DNA of 64,000 nucleotides. It comes from Octopus bimaculoides (lineage: Eukaryota). A program made the position numbers and the translations under genes. Every line of letters starts with the position of its first letter. Positions within the stretch are counted from its first letter, which is position 1. The DNA is taken from NCBI RefSeq assembly GCF_001194135.2, contig NC_068995.1:5005352-5069351 (forward strand), given 5' to 3'. Below the pieces are notes generated by a model. That model was given only the letters and a program-made list of their open reading frames with translations. It did no database searches and was not told where the DNA came from. Of the stretch, positions 26,679 to 39,153 are shown piece after piece.

Positions 26679-27166
26679 CTAAAGAAACAAAAACAAAAAC
26701 AACAACAATACACTTTCAATTACAATAAGGACAAATAATTTTTGGGTTTTTTTTTCTGCTATAGGTACAAGGCTAGCAATTTTGAGGGGAGGGGCTAAGT
26801 GAATTAAGTTGACNNNNNNNNNNGTGTTTAATTGTTATTTATTTTATTGCTCCCGAAAGGATGAATGGCAAAGCCAACCTTGGCGGAACGTGAACTTGGA
26901 ACACAAAGCCAGTTGAAGGGGTGGGCAGCAGTGGAGTGGCAGCAATAGTAGGTAGCATTGGTTGTAGTAAGAGCAGAAGCAATTGTAGCAGTAGTAGCAA
27001 TAGTAGCAGTACTAGTAGTAGCAGCAGCAAGAGTAGTAATAGTAGTAGTCGTAATAATCATAGTAGCCATAGTAGTAGCAGTAGCAATAGTAGTAACAAT
27101 AGTAGTAGTAGCAGCAGCAGCAATGGTAGTAGTAGTAGTAGTAGTAGTAGTAGTGTGAATATTTAC

Positions 27167-27328
27167 CTGAAGATCATGAGATTCTGTACCATTTCCTTGC
27201 CCAAATAATGGTCAATTCTGTAGATCTGTTCTTCTGGAAACATTGCAGAAATGTGTTGGCTGAGGGCAGTGTAGGAATCTAAATCTCGGCCGAATGGTTT
27301 TTCAATGATAATCCTTGTAAATCTGGAC
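27167..27328 (-). CDS. G6PD: G6PD coding exon 5 (catalytic peptide)
   Basis: 162 bp; EKPFG and RIDHYLGKE motifs intact. Confidence 0.96.
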
Positions 27329-27471
27329 CTACAACAGAAACAGGTGGGGGAGGTAAACAACGAGAAAAACCTCTGTGGGCGGAAGGGGTTTGCTCAAATC
27401 ACACCTAGTGACTTATGTGTACATGCATTTTTTATAAAAATGAGATAAAAAAAAATTGACGGAGCACTCAC

Positions 27472-27680
27472 TCATCAGCCATGCAAACACCTTTGATTTG
27501 TGCAGTGGCAGGTTCAAAAATGTTCGGAGGAAGTGCAAGGTAGAAGATGCGGTTGCATTTTCCCTTCGATTCTAATAATTCGTTTAGTTTTTCAAAGTCT
27601 TCTTGGCTGTCGTAGTTTCCTGATATGTACTCATTGATCTTGAAGAAACTCTGCAACAGTTCCATCTCACCACTTTTCAC
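27472..27680 (-). CDS. G6PD: G6PD coding exon 4
   Basis: cag|GTG AAA...GAT GA|gtgagt, 209 bp; contains NRIFYLALPP. Confidence 0.95.
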
Positions 27681-28128
27681 CTGTAACAAACAACAACAAC
27701 AAATAGTTAAATGCAGTATTTAACCCTAGGTCACTCATGACTGAGAAAACTTATGATCAAAAGTGTTCCAGCCATGAACATCCTGTCTTTTCAGACAGTT
27801 TAATCTACATTATCTAAATCAGTGGATCCCAACTATTTTCTACCTATGGACCCCTCGGATACCAATTTTTCTCTCTGGATCACTGTAAGGTATTCAATGT
27901 ATATAAGCCAATCATATTGCATCTTTATAATTAAATATTATTAGGAATTGTATCGGCATTTGGAAGGGCATCCAGCTTTAAAAACTACACCAAAACTGAC
28001 CTCGCCAGTGCTGGTGCCATGCAAAAAAAGCACTCAGTCCACTCTGTTGGCTGGCTGGAGTTAAGAAGGGCATCCAACTGTAGAAACCTTTCCAAAACTT
28101 ACTGAGAAAGAACAAAGACTTGTCTTAC

Positions 28129-28237
28129 CTTCATAAATGGCTGTACCTTCTTGAAGATATCTGACATTTCCAGTTTACTTCGAGCAAATCCAATAAAATA
28201 GGTTTCAGGTGGAAGTAACTTGTCTCTGAAGAGACAC
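28129..28237 (-). CDS. G6PD: G6PD coding exon 3
   Basis: AG/GT flanked, 109 bp; CLFRDKLLPPETYFIGFARSKLEMSDIFKKVQPFMK. Confidence 0.95.
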
Positions 28238-28809
28238 CTGTTGTAACAACAACAAACATAAACAGAATTTAGACACACTTGTAACAAAAACCACTGTAAA
28301 GCAAGTTAGAACTAAACGGTAAGATGTCTAAGTCATGCATGATTAATGACCTGCTGTGTGTATGGAAACAAACGCCAATAAATAACAATATATTTAACCC
28401 TTTTGATACCAACTGCCTCTGACTCTTGTATAAATGTCTTGTTTTCAAAAGTTCTGAATTAAAATCTTCCTAACATTAGCTTAATGATAACTAAGTTATT
28501 TTGCTAAATTCTTTGTTATATTTAAAATCAATTGAAAGAAACACAAAACATTTCAACAGAAATATGGTAACGAAAGGGTTAACAAATGATTAATTTAATC
28601 CGTTTGATATCAACCTGGCTGAAACCACCTCTGGCTCTGAGTACAAATGTCTTGTTTTCATAAGAATAATCAGAATGCCAAAGGGTTGAATAACTCAAGT
28701 TATACAGATTTATAAATTAAAATTTCACAACTTTATTATGATTGCAGGAACTAACAGAATTCTTCAGAATTCTTCTGTTTATTCAGAAAATGTAAAGTAA
28801 AATATTTAC

Positions 28810-28847
28810 CATAGTGTCGGATATATCTTCTTTCTGGCTAAATCTCC
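28810..28847 (-). CDS. G6PD: G6PD coding exon 2 (38 bp)
   Basis: ttccag|GGA GAT TTA GCC AGA AAG AAG ATA TAT CCG ACA CTA TG|gtaaat = GDLARKKIYPTL(W); same size as human exon 3. Confidence 0.95.
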
Positions 28848-28906
28848 CTGGAAAAGAAAATGAAATGAGGAAACATGAATTTTAAACCAAATCAATCAGT
28901 CTTTAG

Positions 28907-28968
<62 letters not shown>

Positions 28969-30695
28969 CATTGTTCACTTATTTTGGGCAGCACTGCTAC
29001 ATCACATCTACATAAGCATACACAGTGTTGGCCAACTATTTGGGACACTACTACTACTACTAATACTACTACTACTTATAAGACAAAAATACATGTGAAT
29101 TTTTATGTCCTGCGAGTTAGCAGTCTGACAAATAGAAATCAATAAAATAAGTAGCAGACAGAAGTACAATGATTGAAGCCAGTAAGCTTATAAGAGAGTA
29201 TTGGATAATAGAGAGTTAGAGAAATGTGAAAAAAAAAATTACAAAAACTAAAAAACAAAAGGGGTGAGATGTGACTGTCATGGTTGGAAGACCTTGTAAT
29301 ATAATAGGTTTATCAGATCAAAGCAGGTCTGGAACTAAATAACAAGCGTGGCTACACTCTGTCTACATTTGCCGTCTGTTGTTACAATAAGAGGAGAAAT
29401 AGTTGACAGAGATGGCTTCAAAGGAAAATTGGAACAAATTGAAAAATTGATTTCTACACGTGTGTGTGTGTGTGTGTGTGTGTGCGCACGCACATGCATG
29501 AGTGTGTGTGCGTGCTTTTATGCATGTGAATATTTGTTGTGTAGGATAAAAAAAAAAAACCTTTGCTGTCAGTCACAGGTTTGTATGACCTACTGACATG
29601 TACCATGGTTTCAGTAATTGTTTTAAATGTAAATGCCTGTGTAGTCCCAGCTAGACTTAGACACACTCTTGGTACATACATATTCTTTTGTTTCAGTCAT
29701 TTGACTGCAGCCATGCTGGAGCACCACCTTTAGTCAAACAAATCGACCCCAGGACTTATTCTTTGTAAGCCTAGTACTTATCCTATTGGGTCTCTTTTGC
29801 TGAACCGCTAAGTTACAGGGACGTAGACACACCAACATTGGTTGTCAAGCAATGGTGGGGGAACAAACACAGACATTGTAGGGTATGTTCGAGATAAACT
29901 GTTTATCTAATGGTAAATGACAAATTGTTTATCTAACGATAAACGATCACATTGCGGAAGTCTCAAAGCTGTGAGATGATGCATGATTAATTCCAGACAA
30001 TGTAACTAAATAAGCATTACATCTGAATGCTAAAGGGTCAAATTTTAATATTTTTTTACAGAAATATCTTAGATTTATATAATTTGCATATTAGTTCACA
30101 ACCGTTGAACAAAGATTAACAGAGACACATTCATGTGAACTAGGTCTATTGTTACACACCAATGGTTTATTAAAGTAACGTGACTTCTTTCGTGACAAAA
30201 ATACTATCGAGTGAATGGTAGGAAGAGCAACAGGGGTGAACAGAGAACTGAACATCATCATCATTGCCATCATTACCACCAAGCCGATGGTAGGGTGGAA
30301 GGGGAGGAGGGAAGCGGAGATGTGAACTAACATAATTGCCATTAGCATGACAAAGAAGGGGAGGCACTGACTCGCCCCGCCCCCACAATGACAGCCATCT
30401 GAAGCCATAAATACTGGTGTGTGTGCCGGGGGGGGNNNNNNNNNNTTGAGAGAAAATATATTTTTTACAAATGTTCACTATCTTACAAAAACTATTATCA
30501 GTTAAGCAAATGACCTTTCTAAATGCATTAAAAACATTATAACATATTTGGAACAGTTCTATATTTCAGAGATGAGGAATTATTTACATTATTTACATTT
30601 GACGGATATTTGTCCTCAACTTGTTTGTTAAGAAAGGATAGGAAAAAAAAAAAAAGATTTATAAGCCCTAAAATTCACTCCATAATTGCCCACAG

Positions 30696-30940
30696 GAATA
30701 TGATGTAGTGTTTAAGAGCGCAAACTACTAACCCCAAGATTCCGAGTTCGATTCCAGGCAGCGGTCTAATAGTAATAACAACAACAACATCGAAAAATAC
30801 CTTAGGAATGAGAACCCAGGTTCGAAATTTCCCCAAGACACCTGATGAAGGCTGGAGGGTATATCAGCCAAAACGTGTTAACAACAAACAAGACGAGGAC
30901 ATATATCCGTCAAGTGTAAATAATGTAAATAATATATTCA
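30696..30940 (+). mobile_element. tRNA-headed SINE with a decayed hammerhead motif in its 3' part
   Basis: A-box-like TGATGTAGTG, B-box GAGTTCGATTCC (30744-30755), then GACAC-CTGATGA-A-GGCTG(10 nt)CAGCC-AAAA-C-GTGTT at 30837-30879. Confidence 0.65.
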
Positions 30941-33900
30941 GAACACTGTTTCAGAAAATTATCACTGTTCTCTTTGAGAGCAAAATGTAAATTTGCCTCT
31001 CCAGTTCTCCAGAATTACATATGACAAAAAAGATTGATACACATTGATATCCATCTTTATTCATTAGAAAGATGAGAAATGCAGCATCAACAAAAAAAAA
31101 AAAAAAAAAAAAAAAAGATATGTAGGTCACTTTGTCTGGAAATCTTTCATTACACATCCTGTGACCTCTTCAGTGACTCTCCCTCCCAAGTGTCTTCCTG
31201 TTCTGTTTAATTCATTCTCAGTGAAATCGTGTTGAAACAGATATTGTTAAACACCAGGATGGTCGCTCCCCGCCAATAAACATGCACTATATATTCATAC
31301 TTGTCCTTCATTTCAGCTTCATCAGTGTTATTGTTCTTCCCCATCCCAAATAAACACTATGCACTTGTTCTTGACCTCAGCTTTATTATTGTTCTTATTT
31401 TAGCGTCCTTTGTCTGGAAATCTTTCATCACACATCCTGTGACCTCTTCAGCAGCCCCCCATCTCACGTGTCTCCTTCTGTTCTGTTTAGTTCATTCTCA
31501 TCAGGAATCTTGCAAAACAAATACATAAATGGGCACATACATGATGGGCTTCTCCCAATTTCCATCCACCAAATTCACTCACAAGACTTTTATCGGACCA
31601 AGGCCATTTATATCATTATCAGATTACTATAAACCATCTTTAGATCCACATGCGCTAAAATTCTTAACAAGATCTGTGAATTCCTCTACTAAAAGCCTTA
31701 AATAAACTTAAAGTAAGCAGGCCATGGGAACAGAAAAAGGAAGCGCAGACAGCAGGAAGAGTAAATCTCTTCAAATTTTACTCCCAGGCAGTCCAAGTTC
31801 AATTCCCTAGCAGGGACTGCAATGTCTTTTCCAGTTTGAGAGGACATACAAAACGGTTACACACACAACCCTAGCCTTCTCCATCATGTGGGGGAAAAAA
31901 AGTAAAAAAAAAGCACAGTGAAATTACACATGCAAGTAGGGTAGCAGTCGGTGTTTTGTTGGCAAATACACAAAATCATGCTTGTGAGTAGGTTTGAAAC
32001 CTTGAGTCTTTGGACTGGATAATTTAGTCTAATACTTTAATCCACTTGATCATTTACCATTGACAAAGCATTATATGAGTAATAAAAAAAAAATTAAAAG
32101 ACAAATACAAAATGCTTTGTAGTGGATTTGAACTCAAGCACTCTGTATTAGTAGACCAATAGTGTAACCACTCAACCATATCATTTGAACTACTGTGGTA
32201 ACTACAGTAAAAACACAAGGTAATTATTGATCTGGTACATGATTAATAATTTACGGAAAAAAAACCCCAAGAAACAATGGAACTCGTTAAAGACAAGTAG
32301 CCTGCGAGGAATAATAATTACAAGATATTTTAATTAGTGTTAATGGCTTTTAAGTCAAATTAAAAATTTCGTTTTGTCTGAGAGTCATTATGGTAATTAT
32401 AGATTGTAATCAGTATCCATGAATACTAGACTGACAGAAAAAAAAAATGAGAGATGGGGATGGGTGGGGTGTGGGTACTACAGGTTAAATTGGGTCCCCA
32501 GTACATGACTGGTACTGGATTTATTGACCCCAGGAGGATCAAAGAAACAATGTAAATGGTTTCCTTAATTCAGTCACACGTTTTAGAGGAAGAGCATAGT
32601 CAAAACTATATAAACTCCAATATATTACAGGTACTTAGACTCCCTGAAGGATGAAAAGTAAAAGTTGACCTTGGGAAGATTTGAACCAGAAACAAAAGAG
32701 ATTAACTAAAAATACTACAAGGTATTTCATTCCATCCATCTTCTCTGCTCATTGTTCCTGGAAAATTCAAGGGAGCAAAGTCCTCAGGTTCTTCCATCTT
32801 AGGATTCTATCAGATGAGTAATCCTGTGAAAGACTGGTGTCCCATCCAGGTGGGGAATATATACGCCATCAAACCAGGAATCCGACACTTATGAGTCAGC
32901 ATGACTCTAAAAGGTACCTTTACCTTATCAGAAGCAACCATCATTACACCTTTGCAGGTTCAATACCAGCTTGGTATCATGGCAGTCTGCTAACACACGT
33001 AGCTAGTATTTCATACACACCACATGGCAATACACGACAGCTGACTTCTCTAAAATGGGTAAAGACCCCCTTCGGTTTGAACCCAAAGCCATGTAGTTGT
33101 GAAGCAAACTTCTTAACCACACAGCCATGCGTATTTGCCCTCCAGCTGGGCTAACAAAGATAAGACACAAAATAATGTTGCACCTAGAAACACAAACAGC
33201 GACTGGTAAATTACAAACTTTTAATACAAAAAGTTCCATAACTTATCCATCCAATCATAAACTTTAATTCCTTTAAGTTTGTTTGGCTGTTATTTTTCCT
33301 ATAGAATCTAGGGAGGGGTGACAAAAAGGGGTGATGGCAGTCTTATTTTAGAACTTTTTTTAAAAAATATATAAACTAAAGGAAAACAAGCAATCGAAAT
33401 GCATTTAAGACCCACCATTGACAAATAAGATAGTAGTAAGAGGTTAAGTAAAGTAGTGCAAAGCTAGTTTTAACTGACCTACTTATTTATCCAGACTTTT
33501 CGAGGTTGTTGTGGTGGTGGGGGTTAGATTTTTGGTTTTATAACCAGTCGTACTGGTGTTTGAATCCTGGCTACAGAACGAAAGTGTTTGGTTAATCCAG
33601 AAGAATACAACCCAGAAGACATAATAGAGTTCAAAAAGCCGAATTGCCACCAAGTAGAGACAGCAATAACCAGGAAGGATATCAGCAGACTTTGAGTAAG
33701 ATCTGCACTGGAGGAATACAGAATATCTGGTTCCATGTCTAAGATAATGGCTGATCTCTCTCTCTTTCTCTCTCACACACACACGCACACACAGAGCCTT
33801 GAACGCTTCCAAAACAATCAACACACTTTCATTTTTGATCTTGTTTCAGTCATTAGACTGCGACCATGCTGGGGCACAGCCCTGAATGAATTGAACCCTA

Positions 33901-34038
33901 GTTTTTTTTTTTGTTTTTTTAGGCCTGTTACTTATTCCATTGGTCTCTTTTGCCAAACTGCTAAGTTAGGAGAATGTAAACACACCAACAGTGGTTGCCA
34001 AGTGGTGGTGCGGGACAAACAGACAGACATACACACAA

Positions 34039-34082
<44 letters not shown>

Positions 34083-35400
34083 ACTTTACACAATGGGATT
34101 CTTTCAGTTTCCATTTACCAAATCCACTCACAAGGCTTTGGTTAGCCTGAAGTTCTAGTAGAAGACACTTGTCCAAGGTGCTGTACAGTGAGACTGAACC
34201 TGGAACCATGTGGTTGGGAAGCAAGCTTCTTACCACAAAGACATGCCTGCAACAAAGAATCAATCGTGATTCCCTTTTCTAGATCCCACCCTCACACCCT
34301 ATGATTGGACGCAAGAAATGAGGAGGTTATTCCCAGACCTGAGACCTTGGTGTTAGTGTTTGCCACAAAGTGGATCCTACTAAATGCCCAGGTAGTGGTG
34401 GTGGTCATGGCAATGGATTTAGTCTGTGATCCAAGCAAAACAGGAACGGTCATTCTGGTGGACTTCCATCCAGGTCTTTCTTGTCTACCAAATTCCAGCC
34501 TGAAGGTATTGGTTGACTAAAGGATTTACAGTGGAAGACACCTGGCCCAAGGTAGCACTTAAAGAGAGATTGAACCTGAGACCACATGGCTGTGGACTAA
34601 ATCTCTAATTCACACAGCCCAGCCTGCACCTGATCACTGTTAATGGTGGTAACATAATTTGTGGTGATGATGATGATGATGATGATAGTAGTGACTGTGG
34701 AGGAGATTGATGGTGGTGGCAGAGAGGTTGATGTTAGTGGTGGTGGGAGGAGGAGTCGATACTGATAGTGGTGATGGTATTTACAATTATGGTGGCTGAA
34801 TGAGAGACAACAACAATTAATGGTAATCTATGGCACCCATGGCAACAATTATGGTCACTGACGATGACAATCACAATAATTGCTTGCGGACTGTAATATT
34901 AAACCAATAGTTGTCATCACTGATGATGATGATGATGATGATGATGGCAGTAGTGGTGGTTATAATCCTTACTTCAAAGCAAGTAAAAGATGGATGAATT
35001 ATTGATTAATTATAATCAATCGCACCTAAACACACCTTGCGTTGATTGCAATCTTGACTGTTAACATCCAGCTTAAAGAAGAAAAGGAAAACATCAAATG
35101 GACATTTAGAAATATTATCAGGGTTAAACATCAAGATACCCTCAACAATGTCACGACCACCACACCTCCACCAACACCACTGCCATAGCCATTGTGACAC
35201 CACAACACCACCACATAGATAAATATACAACAGGGGTTTTTTTCCAGTTTCTGTCAATGAAGTCCACTCACAAGGCTTTGGTCAGCCCAGGGCTATAATA
35301 GAAGAAACTAGTACAAGGTGCAATGCAGTGGGATTGAACCCGGAACCATGTGGTTAGGGAAGCAAACTTTTTATCACACAGCCATGCCTATGCTTATGAG

Positions 35401-35714
35401 AAACTAGCTGACATACTCGGTAATTCCCGGGTTCAAATACTAAGAAATAAGCATACTCAATTTCATTTTTACCAAATAATTTAGGAAAATGAATGGGTTA
35501 TTTCCCTTGATTTTCAAAATAAAATATATTAGATATATATAAGGATCCCTTCCAGAAGCCCTATTATTGATTTTTTTGTCAACAATCTGAGTATTCCATG
35601 AGATTTCAAGACATGAGTTCTACTCACATGTCAAGTTTCATCAAAATCGATAAAACGATGTAGGAGGAGTTAGCTAACAACTCCACCGACAGAATTTACC
35701 ACATATGAAGTAGA
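35401..35714 (+). mobile_element. Helitron-like non-autonomous element
   Basis: AACTAGC start, AAGTTTCATCAAAATCG internal motif, ...AAGTAGAT end. Confidence 0.4.
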
Positions 35715-35829
35715 TTACATGTGCATATCTGTGTGTTTGTGTGTAATTAAGCTATTACTGAACTAATTACTATGTGTAACACAATTTTTGTCCTTGGGTG
35801 GAGACTGTTTTTTTTCCTATTACTATTTG

Positions 35830-36288
35830 TAAATCTCACAACGTGAGATATTCAGCAACAGTACTTTGTAATAAAGATTGTTTGCCAACATAACGTGGTA
35901 GTCCTGGTTTAGGACTAATGTTGCTGTAATTTAGCCCCAGGAGCATCATCTCAACTGGCTATACGACACAATCTGTGTCCTTATATTTTCGAACAAGGGA
36001 ATCTAGCACCCCCACTCAGCTCAAAACAATATCTGTGTATCGTGATTTCTGGGTTATTTCTCTTCATCAGCACAGAATAATTGTTCGGCTAGAGGTGGCA
36101 CTGCCAAATTCCCATTCGAAATATATAGTTTTCAAAGTGAGAACTAGTCACTGATTTATAAATTAGAAAATTACAATTCTTAAATCTCACAACGTGAGAT
36201 ATTCAGTAACAGTACTTTGTAGTAAAGATTGTTTGCCAACATAACATGGCAGTCCTGGTTTAGGACTAATGTTGCTGTAATTTAGCCC
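35830..36288 (-). mobile_element. 351-nt-period tandem repeat containing the HHR (retrozyme/Penelope pseudo-LTR-like)
   Basis: A 108-bp block at 35830-35937 recurs at 36181-36288 with 4 substitutions; the HHR lies between the copies. Confidence 0.6.
36032..36076 (-). ncRNA. Type I hammerhead ribozyme with eroded stem II
   Basis: UCUGUG-CUGAUGA-AGAGAAAUAACCCA-GAAA-UCACGA-UA-CACAGA: 6-bp stem I and intact core; stem II has only two good pairs. Confidence 0.65.
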
Positions 36289-37065
36289 TAGAAAGGTCTT
36301 TCCTATATTTTACCTAGAAAATATAGAAAATGGCTAATATTTCCTTTAAACTCTGCTTTTGTTATGATACTTATTGAAACCCCAAAGAATCCATCTCAAC
36401 ACATGGCTATGATGCTCCCTAACTATTCCTGCCCATGATCAGGGATGCACATATTTTCAGCCACCGGGGGACATACTCAAGTGGTCAAGGTCAAGCAAAG
36501 GTGTGGTATTGCACAGAATATTTGCTATAACAGTATTTCAGCATTGAATCTGTTTGAAATGTAATGGCGAAATAGGTCAGTTTCAAAACATTGATGTCCA
36601 AGTCACAAAGGCAAAGTTTCAAGGCAATAATAGTGATTTCCTTTGATTCCTAGATAGAAGCAAAGAGGAGATAACACTTACTGACCAGATGCTATGAACA
36701 ATATAAAGTGAACATGTTTTTTGTTATGATAGCTGGGATGGGCATGGCTGGCATGGTTCCACTTCATTCAGAGTTGGCTTTGGGTGAGACCCTTCGTTAA
36801 CGTATTTCTCTTAAATTACCATTGTTTTGATTATTTTTTTTTATAATAATACTCTTTACTCTTTGACTTCTTTCAGTCATTTGACTGCGGCCATACTGGA
36901 GCACCGCCTTTAGTCGAGCAAATCGACCCCAGGACTTATTCTTTGTAAGCCTAGTACTTATTCTATCGGTCTCTTTTTTGCTGAACCGCTAAGTTACGGG
37001 GACGTAAACACACCAGCATTGGTTGTCAAGCGATGTTAGGAGGACAAACACAGACACACACACAA

Positions 37066-37112
<47 letters not shown>

Positions 37113-39113
37113 TATATATACATATATACGACGGGCTTCATTCAAGGTCGATAAAATGCTGCCCCAGCATGGCCACAGCTCATGAGCTGAAACCAGTTCA
37201 ATTCAATTCAGTTAAGCACAGGAGTTGATATAATCAACCTAACACTTCCCTCGGAATTGCTGGCCTTGAGTCAAAATTTGAAATTGATTATTTTAATGTC
37301 ATCATCATCATCACCATCACTATCACCAGTGCCATTGTTTGATATCTATTTTCCGTGCTGGCATGGGTTGAAAATCTAAAAGCAGCTGATTAATTATCTA
37401 ATTATCTAATTAGAAATCTAAGAATCATAATTTCTAATAGCTTTGCTGTATACATTTGTGTTAGTGTGTGTGTGTATATGTTCTATACTGTCCTGGTTGA
37501 CAGTTGCCAATAAATAAACTTACCAGGCGACACAACAGAGACAGCTGCTAATCCAGCCAAGCTTATTATATCAGAAAAGCTTAAACTTCATTAATCTCAT
37601 TTCTAATAATAGTGGGGGGGGGGGGCACAGAGGAAACATTAAGGGTTAGATTTTAATTCATGCTCCCTATAATGAAAGAATATTATAGGCTGTCTTGCTC
37701 CCTCCCTCTCTTCCTCCTCAACCCCTGATTTGATCAAACCTTCCACCCATGACCATCTTCTCTTTTCAGATCTTAATCTGCATGCATGAACCACTGGAAG
37801 GATCGGATGAAACTTTCAGGGATATTTGGCCCCGTGACTGGCACAAACTGATTAGATTTTGGGATCGATCCGGTGCCGGACAAGGATTCTGGATTATTTG
37901 TCAAATTTACTTAATTTAATTATTGAGAGTAGTCAGGTTCATTTTTAGTATTCTCGTTTGTGAAAGCAGTCGATTCATTTGACTAAAAATTCAAGGTGGT
38001 GAAACAAGCAAAAAATAAGGGGGAGATAACTAAAGTGCACCAGTGGCATGAATTTAACTAAGTCCTGAAGGGTTTTATAAAATGAAGTTGACAAAAAAAT
38101 TCTGTGATAATTTTCCTCACTAACTAAGAGGTAAATTTCAATTCATCAAGATTGAGTTTTCTGGGTGTTCTTTTTTTCCCCCTTTACATGAGTCAATCAG
38201 GACATCTTCCTGATTTAATAAACAAACAAATTTTACAGGTGAACAACAGCATGTCATGTTACTCTGCACACCAGGAGATACCTGTTCTTTTATATGCAGA
38301 TGTGGCCATATCCTTACAGGATTTCCTCTTTCAAATCCTGTTTTTGCTTCCTCCTTTCTTTAAGTTACACAAATATAGGCTTTGAAATAATAAAGGTATT
38401 GTTTAGCTTCAGGTCAGACCTAATCTTGCAGGTCTGTGGTCAAACATTCCCCAGTCATGACTCCCCTATCTGTTATCTATGACTACTTCGTCCAGTGCAG
38501 TCCTCACTCAGTAGACTTACACTCTAGCTGTGATCATCCTGTTTTTTGTTCAGCATATCTTTTATCTTTTACTTGTCTCAGTCATTAGACTGTGGCCATA
38601 CCAGGGCACCACCTTGAAGAATTATCAGTTAAATGAATCAACTCCAATACTATTGTTTTCTATTTTATTAGTTTCTTTTGCTGAACCGCTAAGTTGTGGG
38701 GATGTCAGACTAGTGATATTTTGAAATCATTTCATACATATCTTTCAGGTTTGCGTAATGTACAATAGGAAGTGCATCCATTACACAAATCTTTCTCAGT
38801 CAAAGCATTTTGAAAACATGAAAAAATATGAAAAAATAGATGGGGAAATTTCAATATAAACACATGGTTCCGGGTTCAGTCCTATGGCATGCCCCTTGGA
38901 CAAGTGTTTTCTACGATAGATCCAGGCCAACCAAAGCCTTGTGAGTAGGTCTGGTTGATGAAAATTGAAAGAGCCTGTTGTGTGTGTGTGTGTGCGCGCG
39001 TACTTATTCTATTAATCACTTTTGCCAAACTGTTAAGTTACGGGAACTTAACACACCAGCACTAGTTGTCAAGCAGTAGTGGAGGACAAACACAAAGATA
39101 CACACACACACAC

Positions 39114-39153
<40 letters not shown>

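Noticed and set aside
30361-30410. Minus-strand cttcag|ATG GCT GTC ATT GTG GGG GCG GGG CGA|gtcagt as an alternative G6PD first exon; GC-box-like CCCCGCCCC
   Set aside because: It would give VGAGRGDLA, breaking the GASGDLA motif; the true GAS exon is at 43893-44024; the site is next to a gap and unsupported
31300-31330. CUGAUGA-AGCU-GAAA on the minus strand; also CUGAUGA-C-GAAA at about 52365-52378 and CUGAAGA...GAAA at about 31140-31175 and 17265-17305
   Set aside because: No stem II loop and/or no NUH triplet with a matching stem I; chance core matches
35830-35940. Twister-like words (UAA...GC...GUCCUAAAC) in the tandem unit
   Set aside because: No P1 or P2 partner strands and no GAG(A/G)G element; the L4 motif deviates
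36670-36725. Minus-strand HVHFILFIAS as G6PD exon
   Set aside because: Lacks the Gly of GAS and has the wrong splice phase; a better exon was found
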